Shown here: piece after piece, positions 9,349-19,830 of the stretch
Layout of the letters: every line of letters begins with the position of its first letter
Position numbering within the stretch: the first letter of the stretch is position 1
IMG/VR virus record: IMGVR_UViG_3300021400_000191
Span: 1 to 64,000 of that record
From: a virus
Lineage: Duplodnaviria; Caudoviricetes
DNA length: 64,000 bases
Reading direction: 5' to 3' (one strand)
Notes under the pieces: model-generated
Database searches by the model: none
What the model was told of the DNA's origin: nothing
The model's input: the letters and a program-made list of their open reading frames with translations, nothing else
Position numbers and translations under genes: made by a program

Positions 9349-10464
9349 TCATTTCATGTAATATGGGTTGATAGATTCGACACCATCTGCGGTGCACACA
9401 AGAGCAATCTGCATTGCGGGTGAATGGAACCTATGCTTCGCTGTGTAGTCGTCACCCGTGCCACATACACAACCATTGCGGACATAACCAGTGTACTCAA
9501 GAGTCATTTCAGGCACATGAGTATGGCCCGCGAGCAGATAGTCAATGCGATATCCAAGGATGGACGAAAGACGCTCGCATGAGGTCTTGAGGTTCGGATC
9601 AAGGTCGCCATGCACACATACATAATGCTTACCCAGTACATCAAGGTCGGCAATCGTCTTGTCTGTACCTTCGATGTATGCGATATTTTCGATCTGGCTC
9701 GTGCGACCTTTACAATACCATGCAACGAGCCAATCCAGTCGTTCATTTCGCAACCCTGAATCAGCACTCATGTCTACACGAGAATGGTTGCCATCAACAG
9801 AAGCAAAGTATACGTTCTCGAAATACCTGCTCAGTTGCAGAAGGAAAGAAGTGATTAGCTCGGACACATTCACGATCTGATCGACAAGGTTCTGCCTGTT
9901 CTCAGCACGGATCGTGCTGTGAATGATGCCGCTTACGAGGTCGCCCATCAGCGGCACGTAGATTGTGGTGACATTATGCTGTATACCCAGATCAATCAAA
10001 TAATCTGCATAGTCCATGACTCTTTTTGCGGCAATCTCTGGTGAGTATTTACCCCAGCGGTTTTCGAACTGCAGACCAAAGTGAATGTCGCCAAGCATCG
10101 CAATGATCGCTCTATCCGTGATGCTATCGCCGGGGATATACATGTGCTCCACTGGCTTGGCAGCTGCGATCGCTTCAAGCATGCGCTGATGGAAATCGCC
10201 AACCCTGGCTTCACTTCTTTCAACGCGTCTCATGGAGCTCTTATTATCCCGATCAATGTAATCCTGTGCGGTCATACGCTTATACTTCTTACGCCAGCAT
10301 GATTCACTATCGCAATGTTCACCATCTCTGAACGATTTGTTCAGAATGTTGGTGAGCTCCTGCCATGTTGCATTTATTTCGCCGTTCTCTTTTGCTTTGC
10401 CTATGCGAATAAGGAACTCATCCTCATGCTCACCTTTCATGACTTCAAAATTGTTCAATCGCAA
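9349..10464 (-). CDS. Calcineurin-like metallophosphoesterase
   Basis: GDIHFG, GDLV, GNHSR, HGD, GHTH. Confidence 0.85.
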   Translation of the reverse strand: MRLNNFEVMKGEHEDEFLIRIGKAKENGEINATWQELTNILNKSFRDGEHCDSESCWRKKYKRMTAQDYIDRDNKSSMRRVERSEARVGDFHQRMLEAIAAAKPVEHMYIPGDSITDRAIIAMLGDIHFGLQFENRWGKYSPEIAAKRVMDYADYLIDLGIQHNVTTIYVPLMGDLVSGIIHSTIRAENRQNLVDQIVNVSELITSFLLQLSRYFENVYFASVDGNHSRVDMSADSGLRNERLDWLVAWYCKGRTSQIENIAYIEGTDKTIADLDVLGKHYVCVHGDLDPNLKTSCERLSSILGYRIDYLLAGHTHVPEMTLEYTGYVRNGCVCGTGDDYTAKHRFHSPAMQIALVCTADGVESINPYYMK

Positions 10465-10679
10465 TCACCATCACTCTCGGTAAGGCTGAGCACGAAGCTT
10501 CGATCATTCATCACAAATGAAAGGATCTCGGAAACGTGGTCGCCCTTTAATTTCCATCTCTGCTTATCATCATCGATGGAAAGCACAAAGATGGTTGTAG
10601 TATTCGTGGCGCGATCATAGTCTGCGTTCGTCACATAGTCGCAGTTGATCGCAGCCGGACCAATTCTGATAAATTTCAT
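10455..10679 (-). CDS. Small hypothetical protein
   Basis: GGAGG RBS; ORF track. Confidence 0.55.
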   Translation of the reverse strand: MKFIRIGPAAINCDYVTNADYDRATNTTTIFVLSIDDDKQRWKLKGDHVSEILSFVMNDRSFVLSLTESDGDCD

Positions 10680-10690
10680 GACATACCTCC

Positions 10691-12553
10691 TTAGAAAGGC
10701 ATCTGCCTAAAGGTATCCTGCGGGAGATATTCTTCCCTGTCCTTGATGCGGAACTGAGGCATCTTCATTGCCTGAAGTTCAGGCGGCTGAATGCCTTCAT
10801 GATCCCAGCCATACACAATGCGGTCGCCTTTGTTCTCCTGAAAGATACGGCGGTTCACCGGGTTATACTGACACCGAATGAACGGCGTTTCGCCGAACTC
10901 ACGGTTCTTTGTAACCCTTATATCAGGCTTCTCAATGTTCAAAACAATGTCCGCGAGATTGGTGATAGCACTGCTGCCGCTGACAGAGTCAGACGTGAAC
11001 AGAGTGCCAGCCTTTTCCTTTCTCGGATGCGCAACCAATATCACATGCACCTTGAACTTTGTTGCGAAAGACTTCAGCTTGGCAACAAATCGAGCCTGTG
11101 CCTTGTTCTCTTCATCCGGTGAGCAGAGCGCGGACATCAGGTTGTCAACGAGGAACAAACTGCAACCATACCGCTTTGCGCAGACCGTAAAGATATCCAG
11201 AATGGAGTCAGCCGGGTCACCATCACCAACCCATCCGTTGTCATACAGAAAGATACGGGATGCGAACCACTGGCGCACACGCTTCTGAATCTCATCAGGG
11301 ACATATGCGTAAATCTTGTTGCTTCGTGAGTCCTGTTTGGTCGTGATCAGTCGTGCTTCAACAGCCTGAAAGCACAGCCATTCGAAGACCTTGGAAGCGG
11401 ACAGCTCGCCGGAGTAGATGCAGACATTATGTCCTTGCTGGATTGCCTGCAGGCAGAACTCCCCCGTAATGGTAGACTTCCCTTCTCCGCGCTTGCCAGA
11501 AACAATGGTGACACCGCCTTCACCGAGGCCACCAATTGCTTCATCGAGATCCTGAATCTTCGTATAGATTCTCGGGATCGTCGTGGGATCAATGCTCTGG
11601 ACCGAACCAAGATCAATGATGCCCTGAACCGGAGCAAGCTCGCACTTTTCAACGAGCTGCTTCAGCGTGTCGGGACCATACACGAATAGGATTTCGTTCG
11701 CGTCCTTGCACACACGACCCTTGAACTCACCATCAACGATGAGGTCCGGGTATTCTTCAGGCACAAGGCATCTTTCTTCGCCGAGCCGCTTCGTGAGCGT
11801 GTTGATCATCTGCGTTCCGGGTTCATCATAGTCGCCAAAGATGCAGATTTGCTGAAAGTGTTCGAGCCAATCCCAGCAAATCTGTACCCAGTCGAAAGCG
11901 GAAGCACCGCAAGGCACAGACACAACATTCTTCACGCCTGCTTCGTACAGACTCAGCGCATCGATCTCACCTTCAGTAATGATGAGCGGTTTGTTGACAT
12001 CAACCATGTCCATGCCGAACAGGATCGGCTCAGTATTCCTGTCCTGCCATTCTTTCGGGTGCTTCGACTCCTTCGTGTACTTCTTCGGTTCACGATACTT
12101 CACAAACACGAGCTCGCCACCACGATAAAACGGGAACACAATGTTCCCGTTGTCATCGCTGGCAATCTTCCACGCCTTCAGAGTTTCTTCACTGATCCGG
12201 CGTGTTGCGAAGTAGGTGATAATGTCATCAGTCAGAGGATGAAGTTTGGAAGGGTCGGGCAGACTGTACGTCTTCTTCGCCGTGCCGACCAGCTTGGCGG
12301 GGTCGTATCTCTTGATAGTGATCGGCTCATTGAAGAACCGGCACAGATCAGTGAAAGAGCCTTTTGCTTCGCAGTGTCCACGATGACACTTGTAGGCGCC
12401 ATTATAAAGTCCAACATAGAATGTCCCCTGGTCGCGGTTCTTGCCGCCATTGCAGAAAGGACAATACTTGGCCTGAATTTCGCCATTGACAACCTTATAC
12501 GATCCAAGATGTTTGTCTGCTATTTCCAGTATTTTATTCGTAAGTTCTTCCAT
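10691..12553 (-). CDS. Bifunctional primase-helicase (T7 gp4/Twinkle-like)
   Basis: CPFC...CHRGHC zinc ribbon, TOPRIM ITEGEIDALS and DYDEPG, Walker A SGKRGEGKST, LVDNL, LVAHPRK, SGSS. Confidence 0.92.
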   Translation of the reverse strand: MEELTNKILEIADKHLGSYKVVNGEIQAKYCPFCNGGKNRDQGTFYVGLYNGAYKCHRGHCEAKGSFTDLCRFFNEPITIKRYDPAKLVGTAKKTYSLPDPSKLHPLTDDIITYFATRRISEETLKAWKIASDDNGNIVFPFYRGGELVFVKYREPKKYTKESKHPKEWQDRNTEPILFGMDMVDVNKPLIITEGEIDALSLYEAGVKNVVSVPCGASAFDWVQICWDWLEHFQQICIFGDYDEPGTQMINTLTKRLGEERCLVPEEYPDLIVDGEFKGRVCKDANEILFVYGPDTLKQLVEKCELAPVQGIIDLGSVQSIDPTTIPRIYTKIQDLDEAIGGLGEGGVTIVSGKRGEGKSTITGEFCLQAIQQGHNVCIYSGELSASKVFEWLCFQAVEARLITTKQDSRSNKIYAYVPDEIQKRVRQWFASRIFLYDNGWVGDGDPADSILDIFTVCAKRYGCSLFLVDNLMSALCSPDEENKAQARFVAKLKSFATKFKVHVILVAHPRKEKAGTLFTSDSVSGSSAITNLADIVLNIEKPDIRVTKNREFGETPFIRCQYNPVNRRIFQENKGDRIVYGWDHEGIQPPELQAMKMPQFRIKDREEYLPQDTFRQMPF

Positions 12554-12572
12554 TCTTCCTCATCCTTTCAGA

Positions 12573-12959
12573 TCAGATGGTATCGTCTTCCTCAGTCGTT
12601 TCTTCTACCTTTTCGGCAATATAAGCTTCGTCAACCTTCATGTTGGCGACAGCACGGATGTCGTCCGCTTCGATCCGCAGACGAGTATAGGCATTGTTGC
12701 CGGAAACACGGGGTTCGGCGTAGAAATCGCCGATCACAATCACACGGGTGCCCTTCTGCAGCTTGCTCGCGCAGCTTTCAGCACGGCTGCGCATCGTCAC
12801 ATTGTAGAAGTTCGCCATAGCCTTGCCGTCATCGTTCTTTTTCTTGGTCTGGACGGCAACATTGCAGACAAGAAGCTTGCCGCCTTCAGTGTCGGCAAGA
12901 GAGGGATCTTTGGTCAGTGTTCCATAAACGGAAATCTTTGCATCATTCATCATAAGCAT
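12573..12959 (-). CDS. ssb: Single-stranded DNA-binding protein
   Basis: G.LTKDP, F.NV, LQKGTRVIVIG, acidic tail. Confidence 0.8.
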   Translation of the reverse strand: MLMMNDAKISVYGTLTKDPSLADTEGGKLLVCNVAVQTKKKNDDGKAMANFYNVTMRSRAESCASKLQKGTRVIVIGDFYAEPRVSGNNAYTRLRIEADDIRAVANMKVDEAYIAEKVEETTEEDDTI

Positions 12960-12971
12960 TCTCCTTTCGCA

Positions 12972-13595
12972 TTAAGCGAGCGTCTTCAGGTGGTTAAGCA
13001 GAGCTTCGAGCTGGTTGGGATCCTTGCACTTCGCGAAGTTGACGGAACCAATGTACGGCACGATGTGCTCATTGGCAAAGTTGCGCTTCGCGGTAACATC
13101 CTTTCCTGCGGTCAGCTTGGTGATCAGCGGATTGATGTTGATCAGCAGAGCACCGCACTTCTTCTCTGCTTCTTCCTTAGCGGAAGTGGATTCTTCGGGC
13201 AGGTCTTCACCGGCATAGATGTACAGGCCCAGACCATGACGGGCTACTGCCTTGGTCAGCGACCTCTGGATTGCCTTGTTGACATCAAAGCTGGTGACCT
13301 TTTCGAGCGGGATCGAGTTGTTCTTGAAGTCCATGACGGGCAGATACTCGATGAGCTCAAGCTGATAGTCGCCATCAACAAGAGTGACACCAGTCTTCAC
13401 CCAGCAAGTCTTGCCATCATTGAAGTAGTTGTTGCCATCGCTGTTCTCATAGATGGTGTAGAAGCTTTCCGGGAAGATACGCTTGAACTCGGACCATGCC
13501 CAAGCCCAAGAGAGATAGGTCAGACCATTCTTCTTCTCGGTGTGATCATTCACGTTTACTGTGGACAGCTTTTCAAAGCGATTCATGTTTTCCAT
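12972..13595 (-). CDS. Sak3/DUF1071-like single-strand annealing protein
   Basis: EKKNGLTYLSWAWAW, LPVMD, DVNKAIQRSLTKAVARHGLGLYIYAGED. Confidence 0.88.
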   Translation of the reverse strand: MENMNRFEKLSTVNVNDHTEKKNGLTYLSWAWAWSEFKRIFPESFYTIYENSDGNNYFNDGKTCWVKTGVTLVDGDYQLELIEYLPVMDFKNNSIPLEKVTSFDVNKAIQRSLTKAVARHGLGLYIYAGEDLPEESTSAKEEAEKKCGALLININPLITKLTAGKDVTAKRNFANEHIVPYIGSVNFAKCKDPNQLEALLNHLKTLA

Positions 13596-14146
13596 TTTCG
13601 TTTTCTCCTTTTCTTTTCTTTTCGCTTGCGTTTTGCAAGAGATTCTGGATAAAGCCAACCATTTGGTTCTCTGTTGATGATCTCTTTCAGAGTAGGCTTG
13701 CGAGCCATAGCTTCTTTCAGTCGTGCAAACCCGTCATCGGTCTTACCCTTAACTGACGTGTCCGGCACGAGCTTGACAAATATTGGGAGAGTTCTTCTGG
13801 CAATAACGCCAGAGGTGCTGCATGGAAACCAGAAGATTGCACCTTCAGGGTAATACTTCTTGGTTGCATCATGATGGTAGTGCTTATCGCCATGCATGTG
13901 GTCGCGAGTACGGTAGGCACTCAGGAAATCGACGAGCTCATCATGCTTGTTAATGCTTGCCACGAGCAATCGCGGCATAGCATTAATCATTTTGCCATCA
14001 ACTCTGGCAACCCTGAGCCCTGATCTATTTTCACTGAAGCTGCTACTCTTGCAGAGCACATAGCTTGGTTCGATAATTCCTTTTTGCAGATCATCCTTAG
14101 ATACTATGCCGAGGAAAAAGTAACCAGAGTCATTGGCATTAGGCAC
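13583..14146 (-). CDS. Hypothetical protein with basic C-terminus
   Basis: GGAGG RBS before GTG at 14146. Confidence 0.5.
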   Translation of the reverse strand: MPNANDSGYFFLGIVSKDDLQKGIIEPSYVLCKSSSFSENRSGLRVARVDGKMINAMPRLLVASINKHDELVDFLSAYRTRDHMHGDKHYHHDATKKYYPEGAIFWFPCSTSGVIARRTLPIFVKLVPDTSVKGKTDDGFARLKEAMARKPTLKEIINREPNGWLYPESLAKRKRKEKKRRKRKWKT

Positions 14147-16901
14147 TCTCCTTCCTCCTTTGCCGTCTCTGCTGTTTCTTCTTCTCATTATGTGCACTGA
14201 GGTAGATGCGTCTGTGCTCTGCAGCACAGTCGGAGCAGCGACACGAGGTCGGCGAACCCCTCTTGACTACCTTTCCGCAATCAATGCACTTAATGAACCC
14301 CTTCGGGATAGTCGTGCAGGCATGGTTCTGAACCCAGTCTGGGACTCGCATGCCGCAGTTCTCACATTCATGGCAAGCTGCGATGTTCTGCTCAATGACC
14401 TTACAAGCATAGTCACCGAACACACGCCAGAACATCTGTTTATGCGCAAGCTTGGTAGCATTGGCGCCGGTAAACAGATACTTGACAATGGATGGATACG
14501 CATCTTCAAGCGTGATTCCATTCACTGCGAGCTCGTGGACGATGTTCTCAGCAACAATGCCATAATCCAGAAGCTCGACCTTATCTTCCATTGTGGAAGC
14601 ATTGTGAGCCATCTGCATGACGCTTGTATTGTTGTCAAGTTGAGAGAAAATTCTTATTGCCAGAATGTTGTAGTCACGGATGTCGTGTGTCATCAGCATC
14701 TGCCAGTTGAACGGAGCAACACCAGCCAGATTCATGTTGATGTTTGGCATCTTCATAAATCTGGAGCAGATCCTGTTCATGACACTGTTGTTTGACTTGG
14801 CATACTTCTTCGGCTTCTCGGATTCCTTGCGACCATTCTTTGAGAACTGAAAGAAAAATGGCATGCGTGATCTTGGACCGCCTGCGGCTTCCTTGATTCG
14901 CTCTGCCACTTTAGGAAAGTTTTCAAATGGAATGATCTTTGCGGTCTTGGCTCCATCAATAACCTGATTGTTATAGAACGTAATATCCGCAGCCGAGTCG
15001 AAGTCAGGGTTCTCCTTACTCCAAAGCCGAGTCAGCATGTTTGAGATCTCGCCAATACCGGAGTAGTCATGCGCTCGCTTCAAACCATTGAACATGGTTT
15101 CACGAGACATCATTTCTGGTGCGGCCTTGAACGAGTTGTAGTAAAGCGGAACGATGTCGTATTTCTCAATCATCCGCTTCGCAACACTGATGATCGTTGG
15201 GTTGTTAGTTACATTCAACTGATCCCCATCGACATCGAACTGGAGCACTCGTGAGATCAGGTCTTTGCAACTTGTCACAATTGCTCTGCTTGGGAACCAC
15301 TTATAAGCTTCAGGATCTTTGCTGACCTTTCGGATGTTGTGTTCGAAATACAGAGAGGGAGATCTCAGTACATCGACGACTTCATCCTTGATAAAGTCTT
15401 TGCAAAGAACTTCACCGGGCTTGACCAGTCCGTCAGGCTCATCAATATCGAGGAACCAGTGCTGACAAGCTGCATACATATCAGGAATAACGAACAAACG
15501 TTTGTTCCTGCACTGCAGTTTGCCGGACCGTGCATCGAGGACCATTCTCCTTTTGATGGCGCGAAGCGTCTCTCTGGAGTAAGCCTCATGCAGAAGCTCA
15601 GGATACAGTGCAAGTGCACGATGATAAGCCTGTGGGCTGTTCTCATCAGCACCAAGCGTCCTGAGCATCGTGTCCTTATCACGGGCCAGGTTCGTGATCC
15701 TGTCATGCGAAGGTTGCACAAGAGCATCAATCTCTTCATCGGTCATATCAACAAGGGTCTGCAAGAACTGATAGTTCATCGGCACATCCTTGGAATATGG
15801 CTCCTCATAGTTGGTGACATTCATATGGCAACCATTCTTTTTGAATTCTGCCTTGTAATGATCCCATGAGTCGTAATAACTCCAGAGCTTCAGCTGGCTT
15901 GCACAGAAGACCACCTTGATGTTTTCGGCAACAAGGTCATGCACCTTGCCCCAGACATCTTTGAGCTCTGGCTTAACACCATGCACACGACAGAACTCGA
16001 TGAAGTCAAACGGAGTCAGCAGTCCTTTGATCCATGGTCCGCGAACCATAACGTTCTTTACACCAAAGAAGAACGAATTCGGGAGATACATACCGCTTCC
16101 GTCAGTATGCTTGATCGGCACGGTATTGATCCCCTTGATATGCTCATACTCATTGGTGATGTAGAGCATTCGACCAGTCACATCGGCTTCGAAATCGTCG
16201 ATAACGATGGCTTCATCGATGTTAAAGTCAGGCCACGGATCGGTCGCACTGAACGGCAGCGCAGAGTAGGCAAGAAACTTGTTCTGATTGATGCCGCCTT
16301 TAGCATTGATCAGTTCATTACTGATGCCACACTCCAGATGAGCTGTCATTCGCTGACCATCATCGGACAAAGCCTGCACCTTATCTGTTCGCAACTGGCC
16401 CGCACTTGCAGTCGTGATCGTGTAATGCTTCATCGTTACAACGCCATCATTCTGCAATATGGGCATATCAAAACCATAAAGTACAAGCTGTTCCAAGATA
16501 TCCGGGTTCTTCCATTTGACAATGACCTTGTCAAATGTGATGCTCCTGTCTTGGAGCCCCATACAACGGCTTCCATCACTCACAAACTCTGATATCTGCT
16601 TGGTGTTCTTCAGATCCCACCAAGTAATACCATCCTTCACTTCACGCATAGGTGAAGTGATATTGTCCATACGTACAACTCTGGGAGTTGGTCCATGCTG
16701 TTTGATAAGGTCCGCCAACTGAGCACTAAGAAGCTTACGCTTCTCCCCCAGAATTTTGGTTTGCTCCTTATCCTTTGATTGGTTCATTTCATTAATGGTT
16801 GCAATTATTTCTTGGTATTTCTTCCACTCCATATCGGTCATGAGATCATACGTTGTAATGCTCATAAGCCGAATTTGTTCTGAAAGATATGACTTGTTCA
16901 T
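14139..16901 (-). CDS. Single-subunit two-barrel RNA polymerase, YonO-like (polymerase A)
   Basis: ASAGQLR, HTDGSGM, MVRGPWIKGLL, LRSPSL, catalytic LQFDVDGD (15222-15239), GEISN, ID.AKT. Confidence 0.88.
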   Translation of the reverse strand: MNKSYLSEQIRLMSITTYDLMTDMEWKKYQEIIATINEMNQSKDKEQTKILGEKRKLLSAQLADLIKQHGPTPRVVRMDNITSPMREVKDGITWWDLKNTKQISEFVSDGSRCMGLQDRSITFDKVIVKWKNPDILEQLVLYGFDMPILQNDGVVTMKHYTITTASAGQLRTDKVQALSDDGQRMTAHLECGISNELINAKGGINQNKFLAYSALPFSATDPWPDFNIDEAIVIDDFEADVTGRMLYITNEYEHIKGINTVPIKHTDGSGMYLPNSFFFGVKNVMVRGPWIKGLLTPFDFIEFCRVHGVKPELKDVWGKVHDLVAENIKVVFCASQLKLWSYYDSWDHYKAEFKKNGCHMNVTNYEEPYSKDVPMNYQFLQTLVDMTDEEIDALVQPSHDRITNLARDKDTMLRTLGADENSPQAYHRALALYPELLHEAYSRETLRAIKRRMVLDARSGKLQCRNKRLFVIPDMYAACQHWFLDIDEPDGLVKPGEVLCKDFIKDEVVDVLRSPSLYFEHNIRKVSKDPEAYKWFPSRAIVTSCKDLISRVLQFDVDGDQLNVTNNPTIISVAKRMIEKYDIVPLYYNSFKAAPEMMSRETMFNGLKRAHDYSGIGEISNMLTRLWSKENPDFDSAADITFYNNQVIDGAKTAKIIPFENFPKVAERIKEAAGGPRSRMPFFFQFSKNGRKESEKPKKYAKSNNSVMNRICSRFMKMPNINMNLAGVAPFNWQMLMTHDIRDYNILAIRIFSQLDNNTSVMQMAHNASTMEDKVELLDYGIVAENIVHELAVNGITLEDAYPSIVKYLFTGANATKLAHKQMFWRVFGDYACKVIEQNIAACHECENCGMRVPDWVQNHACTTIPKGFIKCIDCGKVVKRGSPTSCRCSDCAAEHRRIYLSAHNEKKKQQRRQRRKESA

Positions 16902-16904
16902 TTT

Positions 16905-17189
16905 TTACTTCACCCCGCCGCATACTTCAGTGATGAACCAATAATAGAACACTGATAGTCCTCCTATCGTCAACATAAGTACACAGGGGCAAATCATTAT
17001 CCACGTAGGCAATAGTATCTGAAAGAAAGTGAACTTTACTTCCCAGACCCATTGCAGAATGAATAGTGAGAGTTGCGACAATACATATACTGCTGCAAGA
17101 ATTACGGACGTCATAGCTGTACCACGTTTAATCTGTTGCATGTACGAATCACCTCTTTTCAATGTCGATGTGAGATGTTTCTTTCTCAT
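16905..17189 (-). CDS. Small predicted membrane protein
   Basis: Two hydrophobic segments; start probably near 17141. Confidence 0.5.
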   Translation of the reverse strand: MRKKHLTSTLKRGDSYMQQIKRGTAMTSVILAAVYVLSQLSLFILQWVWEVKFTFFQILLPTWIMICPCVLMLTIGGLSVFYYWFITEVCGGVK

Positions 17190-17212
17190 TACGTCTCATT
17201 TAGAATGTGCCA
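17187..17212 (-). promoter_or_regulatory. Repeated phage promoter-like motif, copy 2 (upstream of the polymerase A / replication operon)
   Basis: TGGCACATTCTAAATGAGACGTAATG on the minus strand. Confidence 0.7.
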
Positions 17213-17344
17213 CTTTTTCACGGCATATTTATTCGGCCTTTCTGAGAAAATATTAGGCTGATACTGACATCGATTCGCGATGATCGACATCAGTATCAGC
17301 CTAGAGTACATCCCGGCAATTTCGGCAACAATTGCCGAAATGTA

Positions 17345-17953
17345 TCAATGAAAATCGAACACTACACTCTGCCCGCGTTTAAGTTTCCAGCACCCACCAT
17401 CGCGCCGCATTATGCACTCGGCGCAACTTCCATTGCATGGAATGGCATCAGCTGGAATCTTGTCATTCGGACCATCTTTAAACCTGACGAAAGCCATCGG
17501 CAGATTATGCGGATTGTCTGGGATGAAATTACCCCATGCTGACAGAATAATACTCAAATTAGGCGGCAGATCGTGTTTGTCAAGATACTTGTTCACGATC
17601 TCGAACTTCTTGGTGAACGCCAAGAAGTTTGTTGACGGCACACGGAGCGCAACGTGCACCATCATAATCAAAAATGCCATGCAGACAATGTCGCCTGCAT
17701 GGAACCACCTGAACCACTTACAATTGATGCAAGCGTCAACGATTGCTTGCTCAAACTTCTTGTGCGAACGCTTCCAAGCGTTCAGATTTTCGCGCAGATT
17801 TTTCTGCACTACTTTCATGTTATACCGGCCTTTGCGAGCATAGCACCCCTTTTTACATGGAGCATCTTCTCTGCACGTATCCTCCGGGGGTAGCCCAATT
17901 GCCAGTGCCATGCCACCCATCTTGGAAATACCAGTAGAAATATGGACCGCCAT
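17345..17953 (-). CDS. Gp88-like (radical-SAM-related) phage protein
   Basis: SKMG, TC...C...CYARKG, FRWFHAGD, AFTKK, PPNL, C-terminal CxxxCxxC...CW. Confidence 0.75.
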   Translation of the reverse strand: MAVHISTGISKMGGMALAIGLPPEDTCREDAPCKKGCYARKGRYNMKVVQKNLRENLNAWKRSHKKFEQAIVDACINCKWFRWFHAGDIVCMAFLIMMVHVALRVPSTNFLAFTKKFEIVNKYLDKHDLPPNLSIILSAWGNFIPDNPHNLPMAFVRFKDGPNDKIPADAIPCNGSCAECIMRRDGGCWKLKRGQSVVFDFH

Positions 17954-17967
17954 TATACCGCCCCTTT

Positions 17968-18702
17968 TTATGCTGCTGTATTCTTCGTATTGATGGGAGG
18001 ATACTTCGGGTCGAGCATCTGATGGAAGAGCCGACGACATGCCTGATTATAGTGCTGGACCGTTGTCCCAAACGGAGTAACCTCCTGCGTAAAGAGACCC
18101 TGTTTGAGATACTTCGCATACGGGATCCAACGGCGACCCTGTTTATAATGGAACCCGGCTTCGTGGAGTGCCTTATTGAGCTGCTGCGCCGTCATATCGA
18201 AGTCCGGCGCAATTTCCCTAGCCGTCAGCCCAGTCGTGGTGCGAAGCACCCGATCCGTGTAGTCAGCCTTGGGTTTCAGGATTTCGATCTCTTTGCCGAT
18301 GCTATCAATTTCTGTTGCCAGCTGGCGGAAATTGTTCGAGATATGAGACGGAATATACACCTCAACATGTTTTCCGTCGTCATTTTCAATCTGCCTCTCG
18401 GCAGCCGGGATCACGACATCCTTCAGCCAAGCAGACACACCAGCTGCTCTTTTACTCTTGCTCATTGTGTCGAGCAAAGCAACAATCGCAGAAGCCTGCG
18501 CGTACACGATGGGACGATTGCTTACAGAATAAATCGTTGCAACCTTCTTGTGGTTCTCCGCAATGCGGCTCGCAAGATAGCTCGTTCCATTCTTGTGGCC
18601 AAGCAGTCCGGCGACATCGTAAACAGGGATATAAACAATGCCATCCTTAACGGCGGCGCGGATAGTTCCAAATTCAGAATGGGTATAATTCATGGTCATC
18701 AT
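17968..18702 (-). CDS. Second antirepressor-like protein (degenerate BRO-N plus KilAC)
   Basis: HSEFGTIR; LKPKADYTD...TAREIA.DF.MTAQQLNKALH. Confidence 0.75.
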   Translation of the reverse strand: MMTMNYTHSEFGTIRAAVKDGIVYIPVYDVAGLLGHKNGTSYLASRIAENHKKVATIYSVSNRPIVYAQASAIVALLDTMSKSKRAAGVSAWLKDVVIPAAERQIENDDGKHVEVYIPSHISNNFRQLATEIDSIGKEIEILKPKADYTDRVLRTTTGLTAREIAPDFDMTAQQLNKALHEAGFHYKQGRRWIPYAKYLKQGLFTQEVTPFGTTVQHYNQACRRLFHQMLDPKYPPINTKNTAA

Positions 18703-18724
18703 GGCTTCAATACTCCTCTTTTTT

Positions 18725-19561
18725 TTAAAGTGTTTCTACACTTGTGTTATTCAGAATAAATGCGACAGCTTTCTCTGCCGCTTTTGCTGCATCAATGATC
18801 ATATGCCGATCATTCTGCAGTTCCTTCAACCAACCTTGTACATATGCCGTACTGTTGCTGAAAGATTCGTCAGTTTCAAGACCAGTCCGCTGTACAAGTG
18901 CAGCAGAACCGATCTCGGCGACCAGTTCCTCCTTGCTGTACACCTCATCCCCGAACCGGGTACCAGAAGTCAGCCGCTTGAGCCGAGACTCATGCCCGGT
19001 GCTGTGCACCATTTCGTGAAACAGTGTACTGTAAAATTCTGCTGTCTCCGTGAAGCGGTCCACATTAGGGACAACGATCTCATCAGTCGCAGGACGATAA
19101 AAGGCAGACTCACCATTGTAGCTGATTCTCACAGGCTCACGAGACTGATATTCCTCCACAACCTTGTCGGCTTCTGTCTGTCTGTGCGCTGACTCGGTAA
19201 TCTGCACGCCGTAGCGTGCGGCAATGCCTTCAACCTGGTCCATACGCCAGACGTTTACGTATCTATTTGTGCACCACCGCTTCACAATGTTGCCATCATC
19301 ATCCTTTTCCTCTTTCCAGATCTGTTCAAAGATGACACTGGCCTTCTCGCCCTTCTTAATGCGACCATTTTCTTTGGCAATCGCATTCTTGGTGATGTAC
19401 TCGCCTGGTGTTGCCAACAGCATCTGATTCAGAAGGCTATATGGTCTGCCTGTCGCATGGCTGACAGCCATACTTTTGCCGAACCACGGCTTGCGCCACG
19501 GCACAATGCCGGACTCCATCTGCTTAATCATTCTGTCAGTAATGATTTCAAACACATCCAT
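18725..19561 (-). CDS. ArdC-like antirestriction protein (ssDNA-binding N-domain plus zincin-like domain)
   Basis: VPWRKPW, TGRPYSLLNQ, KKGEKA, AFY.P.TDEIVVP, FHEMVHSTGH..RL.R, YSKEELVAEIG, YVQGW. Confidence 0.88.
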   Translation of the reverse strand: MDVFEIITDRMIKQMESGIVPWRKPWFGKSMAVSHATGRPYSLLNQMLLATPGEYITKNAIAKENGRIKKGEKASVIFEQIWKEEKDDDGNIVKRWCTNRYVNVWRMDQVEGIAARYGVQITESAHRQTEADKVVEEYQSREPVRISYNGESAFYRPATDEIVVPNVDRFTETAEFYSTLFHEMVHSTGHESRLKRLTSGTRFGDEVYSKEELVAEIGSAALVQRTGLETDESFSNSTAYVQGWLKELQNDRHMIIDAAKAAEKAVAFILNNTSVETL

Positions 19562-19563
19562 TG

Positions 19564-19830
19564 TTACTCTCCTTTCGGAAGCTTGATATCTTTCATTGGT
19601 TTGCCGCACTGAGGGCAGTACGGTGATGACGATGCCTGTCTCGTATGGCAAGTTGCACATTCGTACTTCTCGCCACCACGAGCCTCAACATGCTTTATCC
19701 AATGCGTTGCATACTCTTGCACAGTCGGCTCGCGCTTTATGAAATTCTTGATATCCGCTACACGGATTCGGACTTCATCACCGAGCTCGTCAAACTCACG
19801 AGTCAGTGAATCAGCATCAATTTTTCTCAT
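19564..19830 (-). CDS. Phage zinc-ribbon protein
   Basis: MRKIDAD.L; CATC...YCPQCG. Confidence 0.7.
   Translation of the reverse strand: MRKIDADSLTREFDELGDEVRIRVADIKNFIKREPTVQEYATHWIKHVEARGGEKYECATCHTRQASSSPYCPQCGKPMKDIKLPKGE

Noticed and set aside
17213-17344. A fourth RT-associated ncRNA
   Set aside because: It has long hairpins but lacks the terminal inverted repeat, conserved G and UGARA-capped junction
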